Shown here: piece after piece, positions 24,701 to 38,400 of the stretch
How the letters are laid out: each line of letters begins with the position of its first letter
How positions within the stretch are numbered: the first letter of the stretch is position 1
Source of the DNA: Podarcis liolepis
Lineage: Eukaryota
Assembly (NCBI GenBank): GCA_965112155.1
Contig: OZ218099.1
DNA: 64,000 nt
Strand: one strand, 5' to 3'
Made by a program: the position numbers and the translations under genes
The notes under the pieces: model-generated
The model's input: the letters and a program-made list of their open reading frames with translations, nothing else
What the model was told of the DNA's origin: nothing
The model's database searches: none

Positions 24701-27700
24701 GAGTTTTCCGTCTTGCGAGGCATTCGTCTTGCGGGGCACCACTGTACAGCTGAAGTCTAAAGTGAAATTTGGTTCGCAGATATAATGCCCTATTAAATTA
24801 CTCCACCCATCCATATATCTCACATGCTGCCTCTGCACCCTCAGCAAACTTCAGTCAAATTGGCATTTCAATTTAAAAAGTGATATGTGGCCCACATGAT
24901 TTAAAAACAGACACACAACCCTCCTGGCTCCACTTCCCACTTCTACTCTGGTCTTCTTGCCCCAAATTCTGAGTTGTCCCACGGCGCTTTCAAATTAGCC
25001 CATTAATTCTGATCTCTTTTGCCAGCTGCAACAATCCTCGTGGCCCCAAGTTCTGAGGAGGGAGCCACCATGTAACAAAAACAAGGAACACCACAAGAAA
25101 CATGGGTTCTTCCTCGTCAGACCGGGATCTACAGTGCCATCTCTTGCTTTATGTTAAAAAAGCAAACCGATAAATAAAAATAAAATAAAATAACTATTAG
25201 GACGAGGCACATATTAACAAAAACCACAATTTGTACGATAAAACAGGAACTATAAAATCGCAAATCAATAAACTGTAAAATAAACGAATAGGCAGACGCC
25301 AACTCAGTAATGCCACCAGTACATTCCAAATGCCTGCATGAAGAGTCAGGTTGCAATTGAGCGCTGAAAAGAAGCCGCCATTGGTGCCTCCTGGGCCTCT
25401 GGGGGAAGGGAGAGAATTCCAAGACTCTCTCCAACATCCCCACATAATGTATAGCTCCCAAGGAGCCTCTCCCTGCAGGATAACTTAAATGTTCAGTCAG
25501 GACAATATAGGAATAGGAGTTCCTCAACTATCACGGTCCCAAGTGGTTTAGGCTTTGTACACCCTAGGCTCCACATACCTGCTGAAACCTCACAGCCTTC
25601 TACGAAGACCCCACCTAGGTGAGGCAGCACCCAATACCGACGTCGATATCGATCCTGCCCCAGGGATGAAGCCCGTAGCAGCTGTGAAGCATGGAGCAAC
25701 TTCTTGCGGAAGAACATCTGGCGCTGCAGCAAGGAGGAGACCAGTAAGAGCACCGCGTGTTATAAAGTGTCTGTGCAAAGCTCTGGTTACCACAGCAAAG
25801 AGTAACACACCTCCCTGATTATTCTATTGACAATCCCCAATATACCCTTTTAAGTCTAGCTGCTACTACAGCTCCTTCCATTCCGTACTTGCTTATCTTT
25901 TCAAATACAAGCATTTACCTTGGAAAGCTTTTCAATTTGTCTCTCCAGCTCAGGCACACTGGAAACCGGAGTGTCATGCTGGGAAAGAAAGAAGATAACT
26001 TAGAGCCAAACCCTCATGTTTCCCAGCAAATCTAGGCTGAATTGCTATGCTTTGGATACATTAAAAAAGATCTAGAAAGAAGAAAGTGGGAAGTGATGAG
26101 CGGAGGGGAGGATCCAGCTGCTGCAACTTATGAAGTTGCAAAATTCACCAAGATACGGGGGGGTGTCCCTCTTATTCTACAGGAGGCAACGCAGAGAATA
26201 TAGACTCACTTCCTAAGACTCTTGCATCTTGCTAAAAAAGCTGGTCGTTTTGACAAGCTTAGATCTGCCTCAACGTCCATGGCCAAACATGATTTTTACC
26301 AAGGGTCACACTACTTTGAAGTTATTAGAAAGCAGAGGTAATTTAAATCTGTTCTAAAATATTAACTTTTATATGTTTTCAAGGATGGTTGTGAATTTCT
26401 CTTGATTTTATTGTTTTATCTTTTTGCGAACCGCTTTGAGGGTTTTTTTACAATCAAGCGGTATATAAATTTTATGAAATAAAATAAAATTAGTTGGTCC
26501 TATAGAGGTTATTGCTCAAACTGTCCTGCATCTCATGCCATATGACCAACACTGCTCCCTCCAGACCTGCACTTTGCTATTAGGACAGATATTCAGGGAC
26601 ACTGCATACGCCCTTCTCAGTTTACTCGCCCACCCCTTCACCTACCTCATTGTCTTTCCGTGTCCTGCATGCTCTGCTTCTCTCCTCCTCCATTTCCATG
26701 TCCTCGTTCTCTTCATTGATGCGTGAGCTCCGCCGCCACCGCCCTTCCTCCAAGCCTGTGATTTCTGACTCAGGGCGTCCTGTCTTCTTGGCTAGAGCAA
26801 TCTTTAACCTACAGTGCAACAACAAGGCACCAGTAAGGGAGAGAAAAGGGACACGATACATTACAGCAAGGGACTCTGGGATTGAGACTCAGGGCAAGTG
26901 TTATCCAGCTACTGCACCTGCATGAGCTGATGCACAACTACTGGCCATCTAGAATTATTTCCTTAGGTGACCCACATAGCAAAGGGAGGAGAACCAGAGG
27001 GGAAATCCTCTGGTAAATCCAAGAAGGTGGAAAATAAAGCAATCAATAATCACTTTGGCTCCTATAGTCACAGTAAGATTCCACACCACCAGAGGCTACT
27101 TGACTTAAATAAATATAAGAGTGAAATGATCTCAGCCTTCTTCATCGAAGTGCCCCTCCCACACCCACTGAGCTTTCTGGTTACACTGGGTCAAAACTAA
27201 ATCCAGGGATATGTACCTGCGCAGCTTTCCTTCAATGATCCATTTATTTCTCCTGTGGTTAGACATGTTCTCTAGGGTCTTGTCAATTTCACTGCAAGAG
27301 TTAAACAAAAAATAAGAAAGAGAAGTGGGGTGGGGTAGAGTGTATATGACAGGAAGAGTCCAACTGCAGAGAATTGGAATATCAATATATGCACAATGCT
27401 CATTCAAGATCCATTACCCACCCCATTACACATACACAGTCCAGTCTACAAGGTAATCTGCCAGCGGAAAAGTAAGGTAGCCACTCATTTCTTTAAGTCA
27501 GACATGCAAAGCTTATGTAGGGACATTTGGACGTCCAAGACTATTGCAATCTGTTGTTCCCAGTGGTATCTTCCCAGAAAACAATTTGTTCTCTGTTCAG
27601 CACGTTTTCTACACAAAGCCCAGGTGCAATCTGGGTGGCCACATGCTAGAGTGCACAAAACCATTTATCTATTTATTTAACAGCATTTTTACACCAATGT

Positions 27701-29345
27701 TCGGTCAAAAAATGCTCCCAGTGCAGCTTGCATAAAATCAACAATGAGCAAGGTAGTCCCTGCCTACAGCCTTGGAATCTTACTGTGGTCACTAAACATC
27801 TAAGATATGTTGAACCATCTAGCTCCTCTGCTTGCTTTCCTCTCTCAGCTCAATACAGTAAGATAGCATCATGGGGGAGGATGCCTCCCCATCCATATCT
27901 ACGTATTATGAGCTCAGACTGTCACATACATATGGCCATGAGAGACACAACTCGGCAACTTGCCTGAGCTATCACCACTTACTTGATGATAAGGGCACTG
28001 CTGTTAAGTTCATTGACGAGGAAGGCCAGCACAGCAGCCTTTTTGTCAGGGGCTAGTGCCTGGAAGGGTTTAGTGCGCAAGCAGTCACATAGGTTCTCAT
28101 CTGCCCCATAGGCTATGAGGAAGCAGCGAAGGATCTCAGACACAGTGTCACGGTTCAGGCTTATCTCAGAGAGTTTCTCGCCAAGGATCTTCAGCGACTG
28201 GCAGGAGAAAGGAGAGGACAATAATCAAGATGTGTCTGCCATGCCAACAGGAGCATCCTGCACAGCATTCAAGACTCTTTCAGAAAACTACTACCACCAA
28301 GCCGAACCTTCACTTGGGAGTGATCTGTTCATGACAATGGGGTGATAATTAGCCTCCTCCACCACCTTCATGTCAACTCTAAACTGTTCTGTTTTTTAAA
28401 ATAATAGAACAAGAGTATGGCTGGCAATATGTGTTGGGTCCATAATGTATTGAGACTGCCCCACGGTTAGAACAATGGTTCTAAGCAAAACAGGCAAATG
28501 TGCTAATACGTCCAATTTGCAGGTTTTAGACTGCACACAATTTATCTTTTCTTGGCGCAGAATTTTGATTAAGCTGCCTCCCTCAACCCTTTAAAGTACA
28601 AGTTTACATAGGGCTAGACAGAACTGATAGCAATAAGTAGAACAGATGCAAATAGATCACTGGGGAGGAAAAGAGCTATGAAGAGCAACAAAATCTCACA
28701 CCATGGTCAATGAAGCCTCCCTCCAAGCTCCCTCTCATAAAAGTATTTAGCAGATAATTCCATGCAACTTTTAAGTTCTCCCTGAAACCTTGAATGCTAG
28801 AAGCATTCTTTTTTAAAAAATAAAATAAAATGAAAAATTATATTCTCAGGAACCTGCACTGCAAGCCATAGTCTGCCACTAGCAGCAGGCTTGCAGCTAT
28901 AGCAAGCCAGGATCCCCGACAATGATGCTTCTTCCTGTCCTCCACAGACAGCAATCTAGTCTACATCCTATTCACAAAGTAGATACAGGAAAAAATCACA
29001 ATAGTCAGGCCTGCATGTATACCACAATTCCACGGGAGAACAGGAAACTTGCATAATGTGGTATTGGGTGCAGCTTCCTGAAACGCTCGGCTTTCATTTC
29101 AATTAAAAATATACAACATTTTTCTAGCTTTCTGAGCTTTTCGTTTGCATAAAAGTGTGTAGGCAATGCCTACTAACATCTCAGAAGAAAGAGGGCTTGT
29201 TGAAACAGATTCTCAGTGTTTGGGGCAGAGTTTCAGTGCTTTGCACAGTTTGCTGCCCTTCCTCATAGTGAACTCGGAATATGCAAAAATAAGAGAAATT
29301 GTGCAAATGTATTCAATTTTCCTTGGTGCAAAATTGGGGTTGTCT

Positions 29346-29417
<72 letters not shown>

Positions 29418-32400
29418 AACACACAGCTCTGATTATAGCATTTAGAATATTCGGCAAGCACCAGACTACAAACCCATTCCCTTTTCGCACCAGTACTTCA
29501 GTCCATATGATTTCTTATATTCAAACATGCAGATTGATGTGACCCAGAACATACATACATACATGGGCTTACCTGGCAGAAGGGAGGCAGGCCAGGATCA
29601 TACAGTGCAGCCTTCACCAGCTTCACCAGGAGGTCTAACACTTCACCCAAACTATCGCCTACATTGAAGAGGCCCTCTTGCAGGGTACTCAGACTGGGAA
29701 CCTCCCTGGCTACATCAAAGCCCAGCACCTTGCCATAGTTGTGTAGGAATTCCACAATGGCTAAGCAGTCTGAGAAAGCATGGCTGGGCAAAACCAATCC
29801 AGGGATGCGAGAAAATTCTGGAAGAGGCTGGGAAAGACAAAATATCAGTAGAGAGCATCAGTACAGACTTGTGATCTAGCAGAATAGCTAGCCCTGCTCA
29901 TACTGCAACTCAGCCACACGAAAGGCTGATACTATACAGTGTCTAACAAGGTAGAAAATCACAGAACATTTTCCCAGTGTGGAAAGCCTGCCAGCCCTCC
30001 AAAGCCAGATGCCCAGATTTCCCTGTCTCAAACTATATTAAATTCCACCAGGACAGATCAAGTCCATTCAGCAACATGAATAGATACAGAGGAGAACTAA
30101 AATGCCACAGAAAAATACTTTACTGTCTTAGTGAGATACAACTAAATAGCTCAGAGAATCTTAGCCTTTTGGTGGAGGAACTAAATGAGCAACCCAGTAA
30201 ATATATGACAGAACACTAAATCAGACGCTAAAATCTTATAATTGGCCATAGGTGACAGAACAATGTTGTGAGACAATCAAGTGTCTCAGCTGAGCAAATA
30301 TAGGAAAGTACTGAAAGGTTCATATATTTAAACAAAAATGCATTGGTTGTTTAGTATTGGTACAATTAAGGAATCTGGTGCAGAAAACTGGCAACCTGAG
30401 ATGTTAATGTCTGAGCCAGAGTCGCCGCCTCAGTTTCAGTGCCAGATATCATTTTGTGGCAAACCCAGAAGACCCGCTAAGCTGATGCTACACAACAAAA
30501 TAGTGTTGCTTGGATGGGAGTGTCTTGGTAAGAGATGACGACTTTCATGTTACAATAAACACATAGCTGCTACAGGTTTGAAAATTTCCCCTTCATAATA
30601 TTTGGAACAGCATGGTATAGGCATAGTGCACTGTTCTATGCTGCATTATTTGCTACTGTTAGCATGCGGCAGAGAAACATACCATACTGTGACTTCATAA
30701 CACTGGCAAGCTCCTCTAGATATTAAGAGGTGAAGGTAGGAATTAAACATTCAACTGCTATCTTTAATAGTGGCTCTGCTTTTACGTATCATGTAATTCT
30801 AGCCAAAGCTGTACAGGATAGTTAATAGTCTGGTAGACGTTTAGAAGATAAGGAGATGCTTAGGGCTTCCTTCATCAGTTGGCAGGGCTTCAACTACCTA
30901 CACAGCTTTCTCTACCCACCTTTGCCCATGACTCTTCTTCCCCCATCTCTACCCTTAATGCCAATCCACCCCAACTTTCGTAAGATTGTCCAAACCATAC
31001 TGCAACCAACCAACCTCCCTCCGGACCCACCAATCTCTCGCAAGGCCAACAAAAATAAATAATTTTATAAAGGACCTACCCACGTGAGGCTGACACAAAA
31101 ATCCCTGCACAAGCATTATGCAATAGATCATTATCCAATAAGATTCAATCAGATCATTATGTCCCCATCTCTCTCCCCTCTTTCCTCCCAATGCCTATGA
31201 CAATAGTATCTCATACCGAAAATAAACAAACTGTGAAAAAGACACTGTGAATTGAAAGTGGAGACACTATATGTTCTTTTCCATGCTTATTTGTTTGTTT
31301 TACAAAACATTTTTTTTAAAAAAATAAAAACTGATTTAAATAAATAAATAAACAAACGAATGGAATAGGGGGCTGTCTCCCAACCTCTAAAAAGCCAAGC
31401 AATTCTATGCACCTGGTGGTCCCCTAGACACATATCTTCGGTGGGCTTCTTCATTTCCTCCAGAATCATTTGCTGCCGCTGTCGTTCTTCCTGACGCCGA
31501 GCTAGAAGATTCTTATCCACTTTTCGGGGAACCTTGGCTGGTACTGGCAGCTTTTTTTCCTTGGGCTTCACTTTTTCTTTCAGCTTTGCCTTCTCCTTCA
31601 GCTTCTCAGGCTTATTCTTTTCCGGCTTGTTCTTTTCCTTCTTTACCTGGAGAGGAGGAGAGACATGGCAAGGTTTACATGCAATTATTCAGGACCTGCC
31701 AACCTTCCAACTTTTCAAAGGGCCATTCCTGACCCACCTTCGGCTTCTTTTTTACTTCCTTGGCCTTGACCTCTTTGGGCTTGAGTGCCTTGGCCTCTTG
31801 CCTCTGCTTATTTTGCACCTATGGAAAAAAAATAAGCATGAGGAATTCTGTCAAGGAGAGAATCCACTCAAAAAGAAGAAACCTAAGGGGAAGGGGAAAG
31901 CCACTGCTCTGTCTTTACAGTAGTAGCTCCCAAAACATTTACTAGGAACATTTATCAATTAAAGTTTGACTGCTTTTCGACTTAACTAGGAGATTCTTTT
32001 CCTATCTTTCATTAATTTATTTTCAATATTTATAGACTGTTTTTCACTATGTATGTGGTTTCCAAGTGCTTTACAAAGCAATAAAGAAATGCACCACTGC
32101 ATTGACAACACATCAGTCAAATAATAAAACAGGTGTTTTAAACAGTAAAATCCACAGGTACAAACCTAAAAGAAGTCTCACACAACTTACTTAAAATATC
32201 TAATTGAATAGAAAGCTCTTTGTCAAGAACCTGTAAGTTCAACAGAGAGGGGGCTTGTCTGATCTCAGCTAGGATGGGACTCCACAGAATTGGGCCCACA
32301 ATAAACATGGCTCCTAGTGGATACAAGCTGAGTGAGGAGGGATCAATAACAGAGACTCCCCTGCTTATCTTGTGATCAGGCAGGGATATAAGGAATCAGG

Positions 32401-35400
32401 CTGTCCTTCAAGTATCCAGGACTCAAATTGTTAAGGGCCTTGGAAATTAATAAAAGAACCTTAAACTTGCCCAGAAATATACAAGCAGTCAGTGCAAACT
32501 TTTAAGGGCTGCAATTATGAACTGGTAGTGTGTCCCCACCAAGAGTTTAGCCACAACATTTTGCACCAGCTGGAGCTTCCAGCCAAGCCCAAGGGACAGA
32601 CCCTTAATGCCCCGCTCCACAGCTAACTAGGGTAGCATACATTCACACACTGCTTAGATTCACCACACAATCAATGGTGGGATTTGGCATTCTGAGCATC
32701 TCAGCTGTGAGTAAATGCTTCTATCCCTCATGACTGTAGAGAAATGCCTAGAATCGCACCGAATTAGCGCACAAGCAGTGGGAAACTTATTCCTTGCTTT
32801 CCTGTCCCTAAAATACAAACCCATGTAATTTTTTTTCTGCATTCCACTATGCAATTCAAATCCTTTGCCAAAAAATAAATAAATACATCCTTTTAAAATG
32901 TGAAAGCAGTGTTATGCCAACTGACTTGGACATATTCCAGACTTGGGTGCACAATTTGGAATGTTTGTCTTGGGGTACACAAACATCCTTACTGGCAACC
33001 GAAGAAGGAAGCTCTCATCACCCCCCCCCCACCTTACCCCTTCAGCTTGGAAATGCTCCTTTCATCCCAAAAGCATCCCCCTCTTGCATAGGGAGAGAAT
33101 ACTGTGACCCCTTCCCACCAAGAATACACTGTCCTGTTCTACTGTATGTACCTTTTGCCTCATTTTCTTTTTGATCTTGCTCATCTTCAGCTTATCTTCA
33201 TCACTGAGTACCTCTGCAAATACAAACGGAGAATGAGGAAATTTTTAAAAAATTGTGAGAATAGAACAGACCGCCATTCCATACCTAATAGTATCCTTAT
33301 GCTTTATAGCAGGCTTCCCAAAGTTGGTGCCCTCCAGATTTTGGGAGCAAAACTCCATCCATGATCAGGAATTAGAGGAGCTGTTGTCAAACAACATCTG
33401 AAGGGCACTAGGTGGGGTAAGGCTGCTTTACATAAGGTACCACTTCTCCAAAAGATGTAGACTTAGGGTGATGTTCCTAAGATACACAAAAGGGGAGTGT
33501 GTCTCTATCTCAATTGTTAAAGTTTTATATCCTTCTCCAAAAATGCCTATTAATGACTGCAACCCTGAATGAGCATCCATAACCACAAAATCTCTCATTA
33601 CTACCTGCTGTGCTATCAGTCTACATAAGATCCCAAGATAAGACATCAACCAACATGTTCTCTTTAGAGTTTTGTCAACTGTACAGATACAGTTGACAGG
33701 AATCACCAAATCATTTTTCACCCCTGAAAGTCACCACTTCTCTCTCAGGCACACCGCTATAGATGGGAGGTCTGTGTTCAGGAAAGCAGCAGTGCTCCTT
33801 CCCGTTTCCTCCTAGCCATAACCCATGTCTTTGAAAGGTAAGTAGAGAGAGCATTTTCCTCTCCCTGCCACCCCCCGCAGCCGTACTGCCACTCAGAGGA
33901 CCTGTCTGTTTATCTATCTGTCTGCCTGAATGTGTGTTGGGGCGAGGAGTAGGTCTGAATGTGTATGCATGCTGAGTGTGTGTACGTTTGTGTGAACGCA
34001 CATGTGTAACTTGGCCACGCACACTTCTGATCACATCCACTGCTGGCATGCAGCCCTCAAAGGGTTAGGAAAAGGTTAGCCAATGCTGACTGGAAGCTAC
34101 TCATGATGCACCAGGATTGACCACAATCTGTTTAAAGATTGCTTGCGTGCAACCCACATAGAATTCTAGTCATATTTCTACTCCTGAAACTCTCAGCTAG
34201 TCTTTTAAAAATATATATATATAAAACACAAGTTTTTATTCCTCATTGCTGTGGAGACGCAAAGAAAGCTAGGAAGACAATGTCTGCAAGTGCTTCCAAT
34301 CCTCTAGGGCAGAGCTTTTATGCCATGTTTAGCTACCTGCCCCTCCCCTCAGTCTCCAGTCATGTTCTCTTACCTATATACTTTTACTGCCCCTTGCTTA
34401 TCCGTTTCTCTCTTCCTGCTGCCACACCGCTCCTTGACAAGAAATTCCAAATTTTGCAAAAACTCAAACATTAGTTTCCAGAAAAGGCATGCAAATGGAG
34501 ATTGATGTAAAATAAGCAGATTTGCATGCATCTTGTTGATATATGCTTTAGTTTTGAGAGCAAAAATTGAATTTTCTTGGCACACAGAATGAACAGCCCT
34601 GCCTCCAGAGACTGACAAACAACTCCTGCCACAAACTAAAGCTCTTTCTTGTGAAAGCTCCCGGCATGCAGAAAGGGCTTGTCCAGCTGGTACCTTGGGC
34701 TTCCAGTCTTTTCAGAACCCTGGCATCCATCTTGCTCAGCAGGTCAGGCACTTTCACTTTGGGAGGACGGCCACGGCCACGTTTCACCTTGGGCATTTCC
34801 TTGGCCTTGGCTTTCTCAGTATTGCGGGGTCGGCCACGTTTGCCTGTGATGGCCTGGATCCGGGAAGGAATTTCCTCAGGCGTCAGCTGCACCCACTGCA
34901 GGCCCTGTGAAAGAAAGAAAGCGATACAGAAATAGAACCCTCCCAATCTCTACCAACTTCAACTGGTGCAGAGGTTTTCAGATTTTCCTCCTGCAAGGAA
35001 AAGTGATGCTTCCCAGTGGTGCTTCCTGTAAGTTCAGTCATTCCTGAACATAGATTCTAACTGATGTCAAGAAAGGGATTATGAGGTAGGGAAGAGGTTG
35101 GCAAACTCTTTCTTCACAGTTTACCAACCCATAGTGCCAAGGCCCTATGATGGCACAGGACCTGGTTTTGAAATGATGTCACAGGAATTGGAGAATGGAT
35201 CTATGCTGTCCTTGTGTCACAGTTATGAAACTGATAACAGGCACAGAAACATCTTGCGCCTTATAAAACTTCATTTGTATTGCTTCCCCTGGAGCACATG
35301 ATCACCTACAGACAGCTGTAAACAAGATTGGTGCCAGTGATCCCTAGCAAACTCCCGGACTAACATCATTACTAACCTGGGGTGTATCTCGCTCTTCAAA

Positions 35401-38400
35401 GAAGTCTCCTACTGGCATTCGAGGACTGAAGCTGAAGTGTTCACGACAGACATTCTGCACAATGTTTCTGCTCAGATACTGGAAGGGAAGTAAATGACCA
35501 AAATATGAGCTGATCAGATACTGTGTAGCATCTAGTCTCTTACTAGGGAGGGGCTCTCTGAGGTGGACACCATGACTTGGTGAATCCATCTTGAGAACGA
35601 AAACACATCCAAGAAATTCATGCTGGGTGTTGCCTAATGAAAGGGCTAATGCATTAACAAATAAGGCCACTTGTTGTCTGGTAGAAAGAATCTGAAGAGG
35701 GTGAAGCTGATTTCTGGACTGATGCTCTAAAGCAGAAATCACATTCAGCACAATTAATAGTTCCCAAGCTCCAAGTGAAGGAAATGGGAGTGACTACCGT
35801 GAGTCATGTCTGAGAGGAAGTAACAAGGCTTGAAGCAGGGGGCAGGGGAAGAGATTAAAGAGTCATAGGCTATCTGAGATGCAGGACCACTGAACAATAA
35901 CAAAGAGAGATAGTCAAGTAGTGCTGATCCCCATACTACTTTGCTTTCCAAACAGTTCTCTATACCAGTGGTTTTCAACCAGTACGCCGTGGCACCCTGG
36001 TGTGCCTTGAATGGTGGTCAGGGATGCTGCGGGCAACACTGGCCTCTGTCCCTCTTTCCTTCCCTCCCTCCTCTGATGCTTTCTCACATCTCTGCCTCCC
36101 AAAGGCTTGTGCGGCTGTTTGCTGCATCAGCCCTGGCTACAAGTTCAGAAGGCGAATGGTGCCTCTGGGTCTGGCCAGGGGGTGCTGGCTGCCTGGAGCT
36201 GAGGCGGCCTCGGAGTAAGCAAGCAAGTTGGCAGGGGAGCCCAGCCAGCCAGCCAGCCCTTGCTCTTGGGAATGGGCAGACAAGTCCCAGGCCCCTGTGG
36301 GCCAATGTGAGGAAGCACCTCTCTTTGGGGTGGGGTGGGGTGGGGCAGCTCAGAGACCAGGGGCAGGGGCTGCCTGGAGGACTCCCAAGGAGAGGGGTGA
36401 GGAGAAGAGGCTGAGGGAACACTCCACAAGGGAATGTGTACAAAAAAGGCTGTCAGCTCTGCAGGCAAGGAGTCACATAACTGGGCTTCTGAGCCACACG
36501 GGAGTGCCACAAAAAGAATATAGTTGGTCAAGGGAGCCATGGCCTCAAAAAGGTTGGAAACCTCTGCTCCATACGGTATAAATGACAAAAGTTTATCAAC
36601 TGTCACTACAAATATCATCTCAATATCAAACTCCGCGGGGCTGACTGCCTCCATCAGATCCAAGGCAAGGAAGAATCCCATAGCAAGTCAGCATCCTGTC
36701 TTCCTCTACCACTGTGGCACAGTAAAAACCAGAGTCCTGGTAGTTACATCAAATGATTATTTTGCTTTATTTATGACTCACTTCCCATGAAACGTACCAG
36801 AGAGATTAACTATAAAAACAATTATAGGATTTCAACGGCAAGTGAATCCACTCCTGTAGAAGGTCTCTTTGCCCTTGAATGAAGAAACAGGAACTGTGTC
36901 TAGGGAAAAGTGGCTCCCAGAAGAGCTCAAATCACCCCCAATTCCCCCCTGAGAACTACACTTTACCTTTATCACCTCCGGAAACTGCTTCATCCTCTTG
37001 CCACAGGGCCCATAGTACCAGGTTTCTCCCTGCCAACGGCTGCTTCCCTTCTTGATATACACCTCCCTTCGCCACCTAAACATAAAGATGGCCTGTTAAA
37101 GACGAGATACATGCACTGTCCAATTCAAGGCATCGATCAGCACCTTTTACAAGACAGAAACCCACCCCACCAAGCAGATGATGCTACCTACCCATGCTTT
37201 AAGGGGTACCGCACCTCTTCTGCTGTAGCTATCCGCCTTCTTGGAACATCACCTGAGCAGAAAGAACTACTGTTACCAACACTAACAAGCACCGGCTAAT
37301 GTTTTAAAATGCAGTCTAGGCAGCTGAGAGGTCTTCAGGAAATGGGTCTACTTACTTTTTGCTGATACACTGAATGTTGAGGCCTCTTTACTGTCCCCCT
37401 CTATCATGGATGTGGAGTCTTCTGGGCAACTGCTCTTGGTTACCTCTTCCAAGGGGGTATCTAGAGCTTTTGGTTCAAGTGGTGCTTGTGAATCCAGAAA
37501 TTCTGTGCCCTCTTGTCCTACTTCACTCACAGCTGTTAACTCCAGGCTGCTGTCTGCAGCAAAGAAGGCAAAAACAGGTAAATGGGGATGCAGAGAGGAA
37601 AATACCGTATTTTTCGCTCTATAACACGCACCAGACCATAACACGCACGTAGTTTTTAGAGGAGGAAAACAAGAAAAAAAATATTCTAAACGAAATAGTG
37701 GATATATGATTTTTGTGGTTCATGCTGTGGCCACAGACATGTGATCTGACAGTGAGTTTGGAGTAGCCCAATGCAAAAATCCTGAGGATCCATGTGGATC
37801 CATGCTTTCTAACCACGGAGGAGGAAAGGAAGGGGAACCATGGATCCTCTGCTCACGACTGCAGCAGATCCCCCCCCCGCCACCCGCAGGCATTCGCTCC
37901 ATAACACGCACAGACATTTCCCCTTACTTTCTAGGAGGAAAAAAGTGAGTGTTATGGTGCAAAAAATACGGTAATTACAATCTAGAAAAGCGAACAGATG
38001 AAGAAGAGTAGGGGTTAACAGTACTTAGTTATACATCTACCTACACACTTAAAGAGTACTCACATAAATTACTCACTTTGCGCTAAGTCAGGGTTTGGAA
38101 CCCCTGGCCTGTGGGTCAATCTTGGCCCATTAGGGGGTCCAATTTGACTTGTACCAACCCATCCATCAACTGATGACACTGGTGACATCAGCCGATGGGC
38201 AGGAGGTCAGGGTTTAATCCTGCCTTGGCTATGTGTTCTTTTCCCAGCATAGTTTTCCCTACTGTGCATTGTTTTAAGACACTTCCAAGCAGACTTCAAG
38301 GAAAGGAGGGGAGAAAACTAAAGGCCTCACAGTACAGTGGTGCCTCGCAAGACGAAATTAATCCGTTCCGCGAGTCTCTTCGTCTTGTGGTTTTTTCGTC

